Source: Eledone cirrhosa (lineage: Eukaryota). From it: DNA of 64,000 nt. The position numbers were made by a program, and so were the translations under genes. The notes under the pieces are model-generated. The model worked only from the letters and a program-made list of their open reading frames with translations, was not told the origin of the DNA and did no database searches. The stretch lies in contig OZ024763.1 in NCBI GenBank assembly GCA_964016885.1, positions 2,356,001 through 2,420,000 on the forward strand, read 5' to 3'. Shown here in pieces: positions 40,068 through 54,005 of this stretch (positions are counted from its first letter, which is position 1; each line of letters begins with the position of its first letter).

Positions 40068-40165
40068 AATATATATATATGTATATATAAATATATATAT
40101 GTATATATATATATATATGTGTATATATATATATATATGTGTATATATATGTGTATATATATATA

Positions 40166-40205
<40 letters not shown>

Positions 40206-40220
40206 AGTATATATATATAA

Positions 40221-40294
<74 letters not shown>

Positions 40295-40429
40295 ATATAA
40301 ATATATGTATATATATATATATATGTATGTATGTATATATAAATATATGTATATATATATATATGTATGTATGTATATATAAATATATGTATATATATAT
40401 ATATGTATGTATGTATATATAAATATATG

Positions 40430-40460
<31 letters not shown>

Positions 40461-40661
40461 GTATATATATATATGTATATATATGTATGTATGTATATAT
40501 AAATATATGTATATATATATGTATGTATATATAAATATATGTATATATATATATATGTATATATATATGTATGTATATATAAATATATGTATATATATAT
40601 ATATGTATATATATATGTATATATATATATGTATATATATGTATGTATATATAAATATATG

Positions 40662-40708
<47 letters not shown>

Positions 40709-40753
40709 GTATATATATATATGTATATATATGTATGTATATATAAATATATG

Positions 40754-40804
<51 letters not shown>

Positions 40805-40805
40805 G

Positions 40806-40872
<67 letters not shown>

Positions 40873-40995
40873 GTGTATATATATACACACACACACATAT
40901 ACTGCGCACTATCATTCCTAACATCTCCAGAGATAAAACCAGGTCTCACACACACATACATATATACATACACACACACACACATACATACATAT

Positions 40996-41026
<31 letters not shown>

Positions 41027-41234
41027 TACATATATACATACATACACACACATATACAGTAACTCATATATATATATATACATATGCAAGTGTGTGTATA
41101 TATATACATGTGTGCATATATATATATATATACATACATACACACACATATACATACACCCACACACACATACAGTAACTCATATATATGAAAGTGTGTG
41201 CATATATATATATATATATATGCACACATGTGAG

Positions 41235-41430
41235 TCTTGGGTTCAATCGGGAGGAACCACAGTTAGTAAGGTACTCAATACATTAGAGTGTATACAACAA
41301 AATTTAATATAGAAATGGTTTCTACAGGACTAGAACTGTTTCATTCAAAGGAAATCATCAGGAAAAGCATGATAATTTCCTTTGAATGAAACAGTTCTAG
41401 TCCTGTAGAAGCCATTTCTATATTAAATTT
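41235..41430 (-). mobile_element. Fold-back HHR element family A
   Basis: Inverted arms ~41299-41354 and ~41375-41430; tail 41235-41298. Confidence 0.85.
41320..41364 (-). ncRNA. Type-I hammerhead ribozyme (family A)
   Basis: TTC CTGATGA t TTC cttt GAA t GAA ACAG ttctagtc CTGT A GAA: GUA triplet, U.U at base of stem II. Confidence 0.75.
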
Positions 41431-41642
41431 CATATATGTATATATGAAGACAGCATATATATGTGTAGGTATGTATATTCCCTCTGATAGTTTGTATAAA
41501 TATTGTACATAGATCTATAGAATATGCATACCAACACTAACACATATATATCCTAGAAACGATCGTAAAATGATGAATTTTTTTAATATAAGGAACTGTT
41601 TTTTTGTTTATTCATTACTTTATTAATTTATATACATATATA

Positions 41643-41874
41643 AGGAGGATGACCGATGGGTGAAGAAGTGCCAGGAAATGCCAGTTGAAGGAAGACGTGG
41701 TAGAGGTAGACCACGAAAAACATGGGCGGAGGTGGTGAGAACAGACCTCAGATCATTGAAGCTCACGGTGGAGATGACGAGGGACCGTGACGAGTGGAGA
41801 GATGCTGTGCTGAATAAGACCCGTCCCACCCATGCAAGGAGGGAAAAGCGGACGTAAAATGATGATGATGATGA
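41643..41874 (+). mobile_element. RTE LINE 3' fragment
   Basis: KKCQEMPVEGRRGRGRPRKTWAEVV..DRDEWR; (ATG)n tail. Confidence 0.9.
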
Positions 41875-41893
41875 TATATATATATATATATAT

Positions 41894-42503
41894 ATCATCA
41901 TCATCATCATCATCGTTTAACGTCCATCTTCCACGCTTGAATGGGTTTGGACGGGAGTTTTCCCACTTGAGGCAAGATTGGTTGTCTTGCTTGCATAGGA
42001 CTGTCTGGCAGGTTTTCTACGGCTGGATGCCCTTCCCAACACCAACCATGTTTACAGTGTGGGACTGGAAGGTTTTTACCGTGTTACCTACACGGCCACA
42101 TTACAGCGTGGACTGTGTGTTTTTTTTGTCGTGACACCTACACGACCTCATTTGTTTCGGCCTGGATGTTGTGGCACCAACATAACTTTACATTGAAAGG
42201 GGTGGTGTGGATGGGGTGGGGGGTAGTGGAACGGGGTGTATTTTGGTTAAGAGGTGCCTACTGACTGTAGTAGGTTTCACTTTGTATTTAGGTAAGGCGG
42301 ATCTTCTGTATTACTGTGTAGCGCCAAAGATCTCGGTCCAGTGACATTGTCTTGGAGAGGTGTAAGTGTGTGAGGTTGGAATTTATCAAGTCGTCCCAGG
42401 TTTTTCTGGGTCTGCCTACTCCGTGGCTACCGTCTATTTTTATTGCCCTGCACTTTTTTATACAGCTGTCGTCTTTCATGCACATCACGTGACCATACCA
42501 ACG
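41894..42503 (-). mobile_element. RTE LINE 3' end with SINE-containing 3' UTR
   Basis: Near-identical to 22860-23467. Confidence 0.9.
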
Positions 42504-42584
42504 TATATATATATATACACATATATATATACATATATATATATATAAATATAGATTTATATATATATATAAATAAATATACAT

Positions 42585-42881
42585 GGGTGTGTATGATTGT
42601 GTTTAGAAGATTATATTAATAAAAGGAATTCCAACTTTGATTTACTCGTTTTATTTACAATCCTTTAAAATTATAATGATATTATAATGAAATAATATGG
42701 TAGAATATTAATTGTTAAGTGTTAATTGAACAAATACTTTCATGCTTTCGCAATCTTCAGGTTCATATTCAGTGGTGACAGTCAACTTTGCAATTTTCAA
42801 AGTATGAAAGTACTTGTTCAATTAACACTTAACATTTAATATTCTACCATATTATTTCATTATAATATCATTATAATTTTA
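42585..42881 (-). mobile_element. Fold-back HHR element family H
   Basis: Inverted arms ~42666-42748 and ~42799-42881; tail 42585-42665. Confidence 0.8.
42727..42765 (-). ncRNA. Minimal type-I hammerhead ribozyme (family H)
   Basis: TGAAC CTGAAGA t TGC gaaa GCA t GAA AGTATT T GTTCA: 5-bp stem I, GAAA tetraloop; the other arm has the AGTACT palindrome. Confidence 0.8.
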
Positions 42882-42951
42882 TAGACAGTCCTATGCGAGC
42901 AAGACAACCACTCTTGCCTCAAGTGGGAAAACTCCCGTCCAAACCCATTCA

Positions 42952-43094
<143 letters not shown>

Positions 43095-43122
43095 ACATAT
43101 ATATACATATATATACATATAT

Positions 43123-43162
<40 letters not shown>

Positions 43163-43290
43163 TGCCAGAAATAACAACAGAACACACTCACTGTTTGGTT
43201 GGTTTTTCCTTCTGTATCTGTCATATCTCCATAGTTAATTTATTTGACAATCAATGTTTATCATTGATTGACCAGCAGTTAAAAATACAG

Positions 43291-43355
<65 letters not shown>

Positions 43356-43396
43356 CGAAACATAATTCAATTGCATGAACTCATAATCCTTTATTT

Positions 43397-43452
43397 ACTG
43401 CTATATATATTTCGATGATAGCCATTGAATGGCTATGACCTCATCAGGCAGT
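43397..43452 (-). ncRNA. Type-I hammerhead ribozyme (family J), within TA-flanked element ~43351-43506
   Basis: ACTGC CTGATGA GGTC ATAGCCAT tca ATGGCTAT CATC GAA ATATATAT A GCAGT. Confidence 0.88.
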
Positions 43453-43502
43453 TAGTCAGTTCTTAGATATGCCAGCTCGGTGTTGATGGTATCAGAGCCT
43501 TG

Positions 43503-43542
<40 letters not shown>

Positions 43543-43543
<1 letters not shown>

Positions 43544-43586
43544 ATCAAAGTACTTTCGTTGCACTTCTGCGACATCATCAGTGGTA
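43543..43586 (-). ncRNA. Minimal hammerhead ribozyme (family K), within TA-flanked element ~43540-43643
   Basis: TACCA CTGATGA t GTCGCA gaag TGCAAC GAA AGTACT T TGATA. Confidence 0.75.
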
Positions 43587-44322
43587 CTATTATGTTTCCT
43601 CCTATTGTATTGTAAAGTTTACGCCATTTTTTGACACATGATTTTATATATATATATATATATACCTCACACACATATATAATGTTGTTGATGTTGAGAT
43701 AAAGAAATGGGAGAATGAAGAAGAGGTGGTCCAGATGTACAACAGATGTACAATTTAAAGTAGATAGATGTACCAGATCAAACAAAGATGTATAAGATAA
43801 AATAAAAAGATGTATAAGGTGTACCAGATGAAAAAGACATACAAGATGTAACAGATATAAAAGATGTAGAAAATGAAGCTATTGTGTGAAATATTGACCA
43901 GTGTGACTCACGTCACTAATGGACATCTGTGATCTTTGTTCTCACACATTAAACATTGACTGTGGATGATTGTAGTATTGTAGAGAGATTATATACCAAT
44001 TATATTGATCTCTCACTCAATATATTGATTATAGTCCAGTCACAAAGGTTCATTGTGTATTTGATGTCTATAGCAAATATATTCACCTCACCACTACCAC
44101 CACCCCACCACTACCACCACCCCACCACTAACACCACTACTACCACCCCACCACTACTCTACCATACCATCTCATCTAACCCTTACCTTTTTTCTACCAA
44201 CTTTGACAAAAGAAAAAATCTCATTTACATCAAATATTTACATATTAATTCTACATAGATTTGGCACATATATGCATGTATATATAATGTATGTATGTAT
44301 ATATCTATCTACCTATATATAT

Positions 44323-44534
44323 ATAGGAAAAAGTTTAACCCCGACGGCAGAGCTCAAGCCATTTCGACGGCTATATCTAGACTAAATTCTAATTTAGTCC
44401 AGAAATAGCCGTTGAAATGGCTTGAGCTCTGCCGTTGGGGTCATTCTTTTTCCTATTACCCACTCTACTCCCCAAAGTATTGAGTACTCTGGTGCGTTAT
44501 TGTCCATCTGGTTACTTACCACACCTCCTTCATT
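44323..44534 (+). mobile_element. Fold-back HHR element family B
   Basis: Hairpin 44323-44456 centred on GACTAAAT tcta ATTTAGTC; family B tail. Confidence 0.85.
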
Positions 44535-44715
44535 ATATATATATACACACACACACATACACACACATGCACATAATATATTATATATATTATGTATGTA
44601 TATATATATATATACACACACACATGCACATAATATATTATATATATAATGTATGTATATGTATATATATATATATATACACACACATGCACATAATATA
44701 TGTATATAATATATG

Positions 44716-45277
44716 GTGGCTGCCAACTCGTTTTCGAGTACGGCCACTACTTTATATCCATGTAGGAGAACCCCTACCGATGGGAGTCCAGCCAGCGACT
44801 TGAAAACTCTGGTACAAACACTACACCTGTGACAATTATTGACACACAGTGCTGGGCCCATGGTACCATGTGATGACAAGTGCAGAGAGATCTCCAGATA
44901 TAAAGCAATGCCTGTGCCGTGAAGCTTTTATAGTGAGCAAAGGCACTGCACAAAGCCAGTCCCACTCTCTTAACCAAGATGATATTTACCAAAAAGAAGA
45001 ACAAGTCAACATCATTGGATACCATCAGGGTTGCAGGTGTTATATCAGAGTTTTCCTTCTCCTAGAATTCTGCCTTGACAAAGGCTAAGGGGTCATCTCT
45101 CTCGGTGATTTTGGATGGCCATTGACTCTTAAGAGCTCCTTTGCCCTTTGACAGGTTTTGTTTTTAGTCCTGCAGGATGTCCAAAGTCACCCTCGTCACC
45201 AAGAAACCTTGGTGGGGTTGCCAGTTTAGTTGCCAACGACCCGACCATGAGACAGGTTGTACTGGGATACATGTTAC
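44716..45277 (-). mobile_element. Bipartite non-autonomous RTE derivative (copy 2)
   Basis: Highly similar to 32062-32642. Confidence 0.7.
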
Positions 45278-46204
45278 ATATACATACACACATATATTCA
45301 CTTGTATGGAGATGATGGTGATGTTGGTGGTAATGATGATGATGATAGTGGAGATGGTGGTTGTAGTGGTGGGTATAATGATGATGATGATGATGGTGAT
45401 AATGATGGTGATGATGATGATTGTAGTGCTGGCAGTGATGATGATGAAAATGATGATGATGATTGTTTTTTGTGGTGGTGGTGGTGGAAGTGATGATGAT
45501 GATGATTGTAGTGGCAGTGATGGTGATGATGGTGGTGGTGGTGGTGATGGTGGTGGTGGTGATGGTGGTAATGATGGTGGTGGTGGTGGTGGCTGGTAAT
45601 GGTAATTAGACTTTCTGCTCACAAACAAAAATAATCAATTTTCCTTAATTTCCTGTTCATCATCAGCATCATCATCATCACCACCACCACCATCAGCATC
45701 ATCATCATCACCATCACCACCACCATCAGCATCATCATCATCACCATCACCACCACCACCACCATCATCACCACCACCACCACCACCACCACCACCACCA
45801 CCACCATCATCACCACCACCACCATCATCACCATCACCATCATCATCACCATCACCATCACCATCACCATCACCACCATCAGCATCATCATCATCACCAT
45901 CACCATCACCACCATCACCATCATCATCATCATCACCATCACCATCACCATCACCACCATCAGCATCATCATCATCACCATCACCATCACCACCACCATC
46001 ATCACCATCAGCATCATCATTACCATCATCACCATCACCACCACCACCACCACCACCACAACCATCACCACCACCACCACCACCACCACCACAACCATCA
46101 CCACCACCACCACCACCTTCTTCACCTCCTCCTCTTCTGCCTTCTTCTCACACTCACACACTCACACAAATACACACACACACACAACCACACATACAAG
46201 CAAC

Positions 46205-47145
46205 GTATTGAGCCGGTGCCTATCCTGCTTTCCATGACGTTAAGCAACTGAGAGTACAAGACTTCCCCCTGGACAGGACGCTAGTCCATCACAGGGTTAA
46301 CTCCCAACTATTGCTGGTACTCATTTTCAGCTGAGTATACTGGAGCAAAGTGAAGGCACATGGCTCAGTGGTTAGAGCATTGGGCTTGCAATTGAATGGT
46401 TGTGAGTTCGATTCTCGGACCGGGTGATGTGTTGTTTCCTTGAGCAAGACACTTTATTTCACGTTGCTGCAGTTGACTCAGCTGTAGAAATGAGTTGCGA
46501 TGTCACTGGTGCCAAGCTGTATCATGTATAGTGTATATAATGTATATATATAGTGTATATATAATGTATACATAGTATATATATAGTGCCAAGCTGTATC
46601 ATGTATAGTGTATATAATGTATATATAGTGCCAAGCTGTATCATGTATAGTGTATATAATGTATATATATAGTGTATATATAGTTTATACATAGTATATA
46701 TATAGTGCCAAGCTGTATCATGTATAGTGTATATATAGTGTGTATAATGTATATATATATAGTGTATATATAATGTATGTATAGTGTATATGTAGTGTGT
46801 ATAATGTATATATATATAATGTATGTATAGTGTATATAGTGCCAAGCTGTATCAGCCATTGCTTTTCCCTTGGACATCATTGGTGGCATGGAGAGAGGGG
46901 GAGACTGGTTTGTATGGGTGACTGGTGGTCTTCCACAAACAACCTTGCCTGGACTTGGGCCTCGGAGGGGAACTTTCTAGGTGCAAATCTCATGGTCATT
47001 TGTGACCGAAGGAATTCTTCGACTGGAGCAAAGTGAAATGAAGTGGCTTGCTCAAGAACACAACACACAACCCAGCCCAGGAATCAAACCTAATGACATT
47101 ACGATCGTAAGTCCAACACCATTACCACAAGGCCACATGCCTTCA
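46205..47145 (-). mobile_element. CORE-type SINE (family 3) split by a nested plus-strand SINE
   Basis: Halves 46205-46354 and 47023-47145; duplicated target ACTGGAGCAAAGTGAA. Confidence 0.8.
46352..47021 (+). mobile_element. CORE-type SINE (family 2, different 3' body) with internal repeat expansion at 46509-46853
   Basis: Same head and CORE as family 1; GTGCCAAGCTGTATC repeated 5 times with variable TA-rich spacers. Confidence 0.85.
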
Positions 47146-47553
47146 TCCAGGACCAACACCATTACCACAAGGCCACATGCCTTCATCCAGGGCCAACACC
47201 ATTACCACAAGGCCACATGCCTTCTTCCAGGACCAACACCATTACCACAAGGTCACATGTCTTCATCCAGGACCAACACCATTACCACAAGGCCACATGC
47301 CTTCATCCAGGACCAACACCATTACCACAAGGTCACATGCCTTCATCCAGGACCAACACCATTACCACAAGGTCACATGCCTTCATCCAGGACCAACACC
47401 ATTACCACAAGGCCACATGCCTTCATCCAGGACCAACACCATTACCACAAGGCCACATGCCTTCATCCAGGACCAACACCATTACCACAAGGCCACATGC
47501 CTTCATCCAGGACCAACACCATTACCACAAGGCCACATGCCTTCATCCAGGAC
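47113..47553. repeat. 40-bp tandem array (11 copies) of the SINE 5' end plus flank
   Basis: Unit CCAACACCATTACCACAAGGCCACATGCCTTCATCCAGGA; reverse complement contains the SINE start TGAAGGCATGTGGCCTTGTGG. Confidence 0.95.
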
Positions 47554-47924
47554 CTAATAATTGTAAAGCAAGGCAGTGCATTCCATAGATCCATGTACAT
47601 TTACATAATTCTCAGGGAGATTCAGTGTGGTCATTTCACTTACAGATACAATCTGATTATCTTCTATCTACCCAGTTTCACTGGGTAGTATATATTTGAC
47701 CTGAGGTTTATGGTGTATGACCCTTGCTCAAGATAACTCAGTGGGATTGAACAGGGGACCTAGTGATTCTGATGTGGACCTTTTTAAACTGTTGGCCAGC
47801 TGGGGTCCACACGAGGCAGTCAGAAGTAAGGGCAATCAGCTATTAAATTGCTAATTTGTAATTTTAGCAAGAAACACTCATAACTTCCAGACATACAACG
47901 GTATATTGTGTATATATACATATA

Positions 47925-47993
<69 letters not shown>

Positions 47994-48059
47994 CACTCAC
48001 ACATACAATATACATATATAGTGTTTATATTTATATATATGCACAATATACATATATAG

Positions 48060-48106
<47 letters not shown>

Positions 48107-48128
48107 GTATATATATACTGTATGTATA

Positions 48129-48180
<52 letters not shown>

Positions 48181-48306
48181 TATATACAGCTGTGTCTAAT
48201 TTAAGAGTTGACACTAGAGAGAGTGGCTGTGTGTCAGATTCTTCATCACATTGTCACATTACATAATACAATATACACCCACATCTCTCTTTCTCTTGCA
48301 ACCAGG

Positions 48307-48341
<35 letters not shown>

Positions 48342-48636
48342 CACACACACATTCACACATATACACTCACATCTCTCTCACTGTATTGCAACCAAGCTGT
48401 GTATATATACACTAAATTTAACACGTTGACTCCCCCCTCTCCCTCCCCCCTCTCTCTCTCCCCTGCCCCCTCTCTCCATACATATATATACACCCACATC
48501 TCCCTCTCTTTCTCTGTATTGCAACCCGGTTGTGTATACACACTAAAATTACCACGTGTTATCCCTCCCCCACTCTTCCTCGCTCTCTCTCTCCCTCCCC
48601 CTCTCTTTCCCTCCCCACATATATAAATATATACAT

Positions 48637-48679
<43 letters not shown>

Positions 48680-48963
48680 GGAATGGTGAATTGGCAAAAT
48701 CTTTACAGCATTACAGGGTCGATAAAATAAAGTACCAGTAATGCACTGGGGTCAGTTTAATCGACTTTCCCTTACTTTTAAAGTATTGGCAGGGTTGGAC
48801 GCCATGGTTTGCAGCAAAGAGTTACGGCCCTTTATGGTCTAAGTTCAAATCCCGCCGAGGTTAACTTTGCCTTTCATCCTTACGGGGTCGATAAAATAAA
48901 GTACCAGTAATGCACTGGGTAATTGCTGGCCTTGTGCCTAAAGTAGAAACAATTATTATTATT
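48680..48963 (+). mobile_element. Two adjacent Meta-type SINE pieces
   Basis: GGGTCGATAAAATAAAGTACCAGTAATGCACTGGG twice; B box AAGTTCAAATCCC; (ATT)n tail. Confidence 0.8.
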
Positions 48964-49634
48964 GCAAAATGGACGTTAGATGATGATGATGATGGTGGTG
49001 ATGATGGTGGTGGTAGTGGTGGCGGTGGCGGTGGTAGTGTTGGTGGTGGTAGTAGTAGTGGTGGTGGTGGTAGTGGTGGTGGTGGTAGTTGTAGTCGTGG
49101 TGGTGGTGGTGGTGGTGGTGGTGGTAGTTGTAGTGGTGGTGGTAGTAGTAGTAGTAGTGGTGGTGGTGGTGATAGTAGTGGTGGTGGTAGTTGTAGTGGT
49201 CGTGGTAGTGGTAGTAGTAGTGGTGGTGGTGATAGTGGTGGTGGTGGTAGTAGTGGTGGTGGTGGTGATAGTAGTGGTGGTGATGGTGATAGTAGTGGCG
49301 GTGATGGTGGTGTTGGCGGTGGTGGTGGCGGTGGTGGCAGTGACTACGGGAATGATGGTGATGGTAATGATGATGGTGATGATGATGATGATGATGATGA
49401 TGGATTGTTGTATGTTTCCTGTTTAACCTGCTGCAGATCTGAAGTAAGGACCCTAAGGTGGTATAATGGAGATGTCAGTACAAGTGGTTTGGTAAATGAC
49501 AGCATACCATGCTGGGGTGTCGTGGTGGTGGTGGTGGTGGTGGTGTAGGAGGGCTCAGCCCTTCGGTAGGAGTAGGAGGGGCTGTCATTGTAGTGGTATA
49601 ACAATGGGGATCTACTTTAAATTCTAGTCACCAG

Positions 49635-49669
<35 letters not shown>

Positions 49670-50354
49670 ACACTGCTAACACCATCACCGGAACAGGCAC
49701 CACCAAAACCATGCTGACAGCAACACACCACCACCACCACCACCACCACCACCACCACTAAACCATCACCACCTACACCACCACCATCAACACTACACCA
49801 TCACCACCCCACCATCACCACCCCCATCACCACCTACACCACCACCATCACCACCTACACCACCACCATCACACCATCACTACCACCACTACACCATCAC
49901 CACTACAACCACCACTACACCACCACCACCACTACCACCACTACACCACCACCACTACACCATCACCACCACCACCACCACCACCACCACTACCACCACC
50001 ACCACCACCACTACACCATCACCACCACCACCACCACTACACCACCACCACCACCACCACCACTACTACCACCACCACCACCACCACCACCACTACACCA
50101 TCACCACCACACCATCACCACCACCACCACCACCACCACTACACCACCACCACCATCACCATCACCACCACCACACCATCACCACTATCACCACCACCAC
50201 CACCACCACCACCACCACCACCACCACTACACCACCACCACCACCACCACATACCAAACTGTGTCTAAACAATTCTAAATATCTTCTTCTTCATTGTATT
50301 CCCCACCATTATACCTTTTACATGGTGCCTTATCTAGCAGCCATCTGTTGTACA

Positions 50355-50892
<538 letters not shown>

Positions 50893-51050
50893 ATATATGT
50901 ATATATATATGTGTGTGTGTGTATATATAAATGTTTATAAATATATATAAATGTTTATAAATATATATATATATATGTGTATGTTCGTGTATGTGTGTAT
51001 ATATACAAATATTTATAAATATATTATATATATATATACACACATATATG

Positions 51051-51140
<90 letters not shown>

Positions 51141-51184
51141 TATATATATATACACACACACATATATATATATATATATACACA

Positions 51185-51472
51185 CAGTGGTGATGTATAT
51201 GCGAAGTGATGCCGAATTATGCTGAATATAATTGCAATAATGCAAACATGAGGAGTCAGTGTTTTATAGAATACATGCCTTATGTTTACATCAGTGTGTA
51301 TATAAATATATGCACACACGTATATGTTTACATGTGTATATATATATGTGTGTGTGTGTGCACGTACATGCCTACATTTATTTATATATACATATATACA
51401 CACACAAGGATTATATATGGCACTTTTCATGTTTCTATTGTAATAATATTCATTATACATACATCACCACTG
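51185..51472. mobile_element. Putative MITE with 14-bp inverted ends
   Basis: CAGTGGTGATGTAT / ATACATCACCACTG; diverged second right end at ~51560-51640. Confidence 0.5.
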
Positions 51473-51506
51473 ACATATGAGTATGTATGTATATACATAT
51501 ATACTC

Positions 51507-51538
<32 letters not shown>

Positions 51539-51677
51539 GTGTCTGTAAATATATACATACCAGGATTATATATGTCATTTTTATGTTTTCACTGTAATAA
51601 CAGTCATTAGAACTTTTCATTATATATTCAACACCATTGATATATACACATGTATGTGTATAAGTGTATGTTATATA

Positions 51678-51773
<96 letters not shown>

Positions 51774-51869
51774 GTGTGTATGTAAAAAGTTAAACAGAAA
51801 TAACAAAGCAAAGAATACAACACAATGAATAAATATATTAGTTTAACACTTGATATAGTAGGGAGACAA

Positions 51870-51905
51870 TCTTAACGTTTTGGACACTAGCCCTTCATCA
51901 GAAGA
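51870..51905 (-). ncRNA. Hammerhead motif family D (GAAA>AAAA), within element ~51780-52015
   Basis: TCTT CTGATGA a GGGC tagt GTCC AAA ACGT T AAGA. Confidence 0.6.
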
Positions 51906-52154
51906 TAGAGTGAGAAATAAAAGATAAAGTAATAGAACTATAGAGAGTGAGAAAAGGAAGGAACAGAAAAAAAATGTTTGAAGAAAAAGCATGTGTATTC
52001 AGTCAGCCATTTTGAATATATATATATGTGTGGACGTATCTCCCCCCCCCCCAATCATTTTTATTTTTACTTTTTATTTATTTTATTTTTAATTTCCTTT
52101 GTTAACCCTCCCTTACTCCTCCTCCTCGGAGTTTCTGTTCTCCCCCTTATCCAA

Positions 52155-52186
52155 ATGATGAAGGACTTCTGTCCGAAACGTCAAAA
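52155..52186 (+). ncRNA. Hammerhead motif (family D-like), 5' side degenerate
   Basis: ATGATGA a GGAC ttct GTCC GAA ACGT C aaaa. Confidence 0.6.
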
Positions 52187-52383
52187 CCTCCTCCACTTCC
52201 ACCAAGCGTGAGCCTATTATAACTGTGTACAATTGTCTCCTGTGTTTTGTGTGTTTGTGTGTTCATTTTCAACTATATATATATATATATATATAGTAAA
52301 AAATTGAATGGGAACAAAACAGAGAGGCAGTACGAACAAAGGTTTATTAGTTTCACGCTCTTGAGAGTGGGGTGGTGGTGGGG

Positions 52384-52417
52384 AACGACGTTTCGGGCAT
52401 AAGCTCTTCTTCGGGTT
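52384..52417 (-). ncRNA. Minimal hammerhead variant (family E), within TA-flanked element ~52297-52440
   Basis: AAC CCGAAGA a GAGC ttat GCCC GAA ACGT C GTT. Confidence 0.6.
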
Positions 52418-52437
52418 AAAAGTGTGTGGGAAGAGAG

Positions 52438-52484
<47 letters not shown>

Positions 52485-52514
52485 CACACACACATACAGA
52501 CATATATATATATA

Positions 52515-52792
52515 TGTGATGTGTTGTTTCCTTGAGCAAGACACTTTATTTCACATTGCTCCAGTTTACTCAGCTGTAGAAATGAGATAATAGGGACTGG
52601 GGTCCCTATCATACCACTGCAAAGTGGTCGTGGAGGTGCCACGGAAAAAAAAGCACCCAGCACTCACTGTAAATGAGGTTGGTGTTAGGAAGGGCATCCA
52701 GCTGTAGAAATCAAGCCAGCATCAGTTCCCGTCCCACCCTTGCAAGCAGGGAAAAAGCGGACGTAAAATGAAATGATGATGATGATGATGAT
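52515..52792 (+). mobile_element. 5'-truncated CORE-type SINE (family 1)
   Basis: Consensus match from GTGATGTGTTGTTTCC onward. Confidence 0.9.
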
Positions 52793-52903
52793 GTTTTATG
52801 TGTTGTTGTAGTTGTTTTGTTTGTTGACTTTTGTCCAACATTGTAGAACCAATAATAAAATAATGATGTTGACATTTCATAGTTGAGAGAGAGATTGGGG
52901 AGA

Positions 52904-53290
52904 GAGAGAGGTACTTTCTGTCACCAGTGGTGGTGGTGGTGTTGTTGTTGTTGTTGTGGTGGTGGTGGTGGTGAGAGAGGTACTTACTGTCACCAGTGGT
53001 GGTGGTGGTGGTGTTGTTGTTGTTGTGAGAGAGGTACTTACTGTCACCAGTGTTGTTGTTGTTGTTGTGGTGGTGAGAGAGGTACTTACTGTCACCAGTG
53101 TTGTTGTGGTGGTGGTGGTGGTGGTGGTGAGAGAGGTACTTACTGTCACCAGTGTTGTTGTTGTTGTTGTTGTTGTGGTAGTGGTGGTGGTTGTGAGAGA
53201 GGTACTTACTGTCACCAGTGTTGTTGTTGTTGTGGTGGTGGTGGTGAGAGAGGTACTTACTGTCACCAGTGTTGTTGTTTTTGTGGTGGT
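52904..53290. repeat. 26-bp constant core x7 separated by variable (GTT/GGT)n spacers
   Basis: Core GAGAGAGGTACTTACTGTCACCAGTG. Confidence 0.9.
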
Positions 53291-53932
53291 GGTTGATTCC
53301 GGGAGACAGAATGGCACTTACTGCCTCTGTTGTTGTTGTTGTGATGGATGTGGTGGTGGTGGTGGTAATTGTTGTTTCGGGAGAAAGTAGCACTTACATA
53401 CGGGGGGGGGGGGGGAGGCCTCATTTGGTCATCACTTCATTGTTGTTGTTGTGGTTGTGGTGGTGGTGGTGGTGGTGATTGTGTTTATTGTTGTATTGGT
53501 TGTGGTGGTGTTTATTGTTGTTGTGGTGGTGGTTGTTGTGACAGTTGTGGTGGTGGTGGTTGACATTGTGGTTAACCAGCCAATCTTTCGACAAAACAAC
53601 AACCACAACAACCACAACCACAGCAATAACAACAACAACAACAATAACAATAACAACACCAACAATAACAATAACAACAGTCTTATAATTACTATCAGAT
53701 ATAGATTGACAAGAAATACTTGACCTTAAAGAGGTAGAGGGGTGTCTTTTACTTGTAAGTCTGTTATAAAGGTCAACTCAAAGAAGATATTATAATAACA
53801 GTTTTTGTGTGTCTGTCACACAGTAAGGCAAGGATCTATGGACAAAAAAAAAAAACCTTCTTAAATGTCTTTTATGTTGTTGATAGAATTCATGGAAGAC
53901 AAATAAAAAAAAATGTGAGGGGAAAATCTAAA

Positions 53933-54002
<70 letters not shown>

Positions 54003-54005
<3 letters not shown>

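Noticed and set aside
39749-41312. Long YI/IY-rich ORFs here and at 25019, 50294, 62257; poly-V/T/H ORFs elsewhere
   Set aside because: Translations of (TA)n and triplet microsatellites
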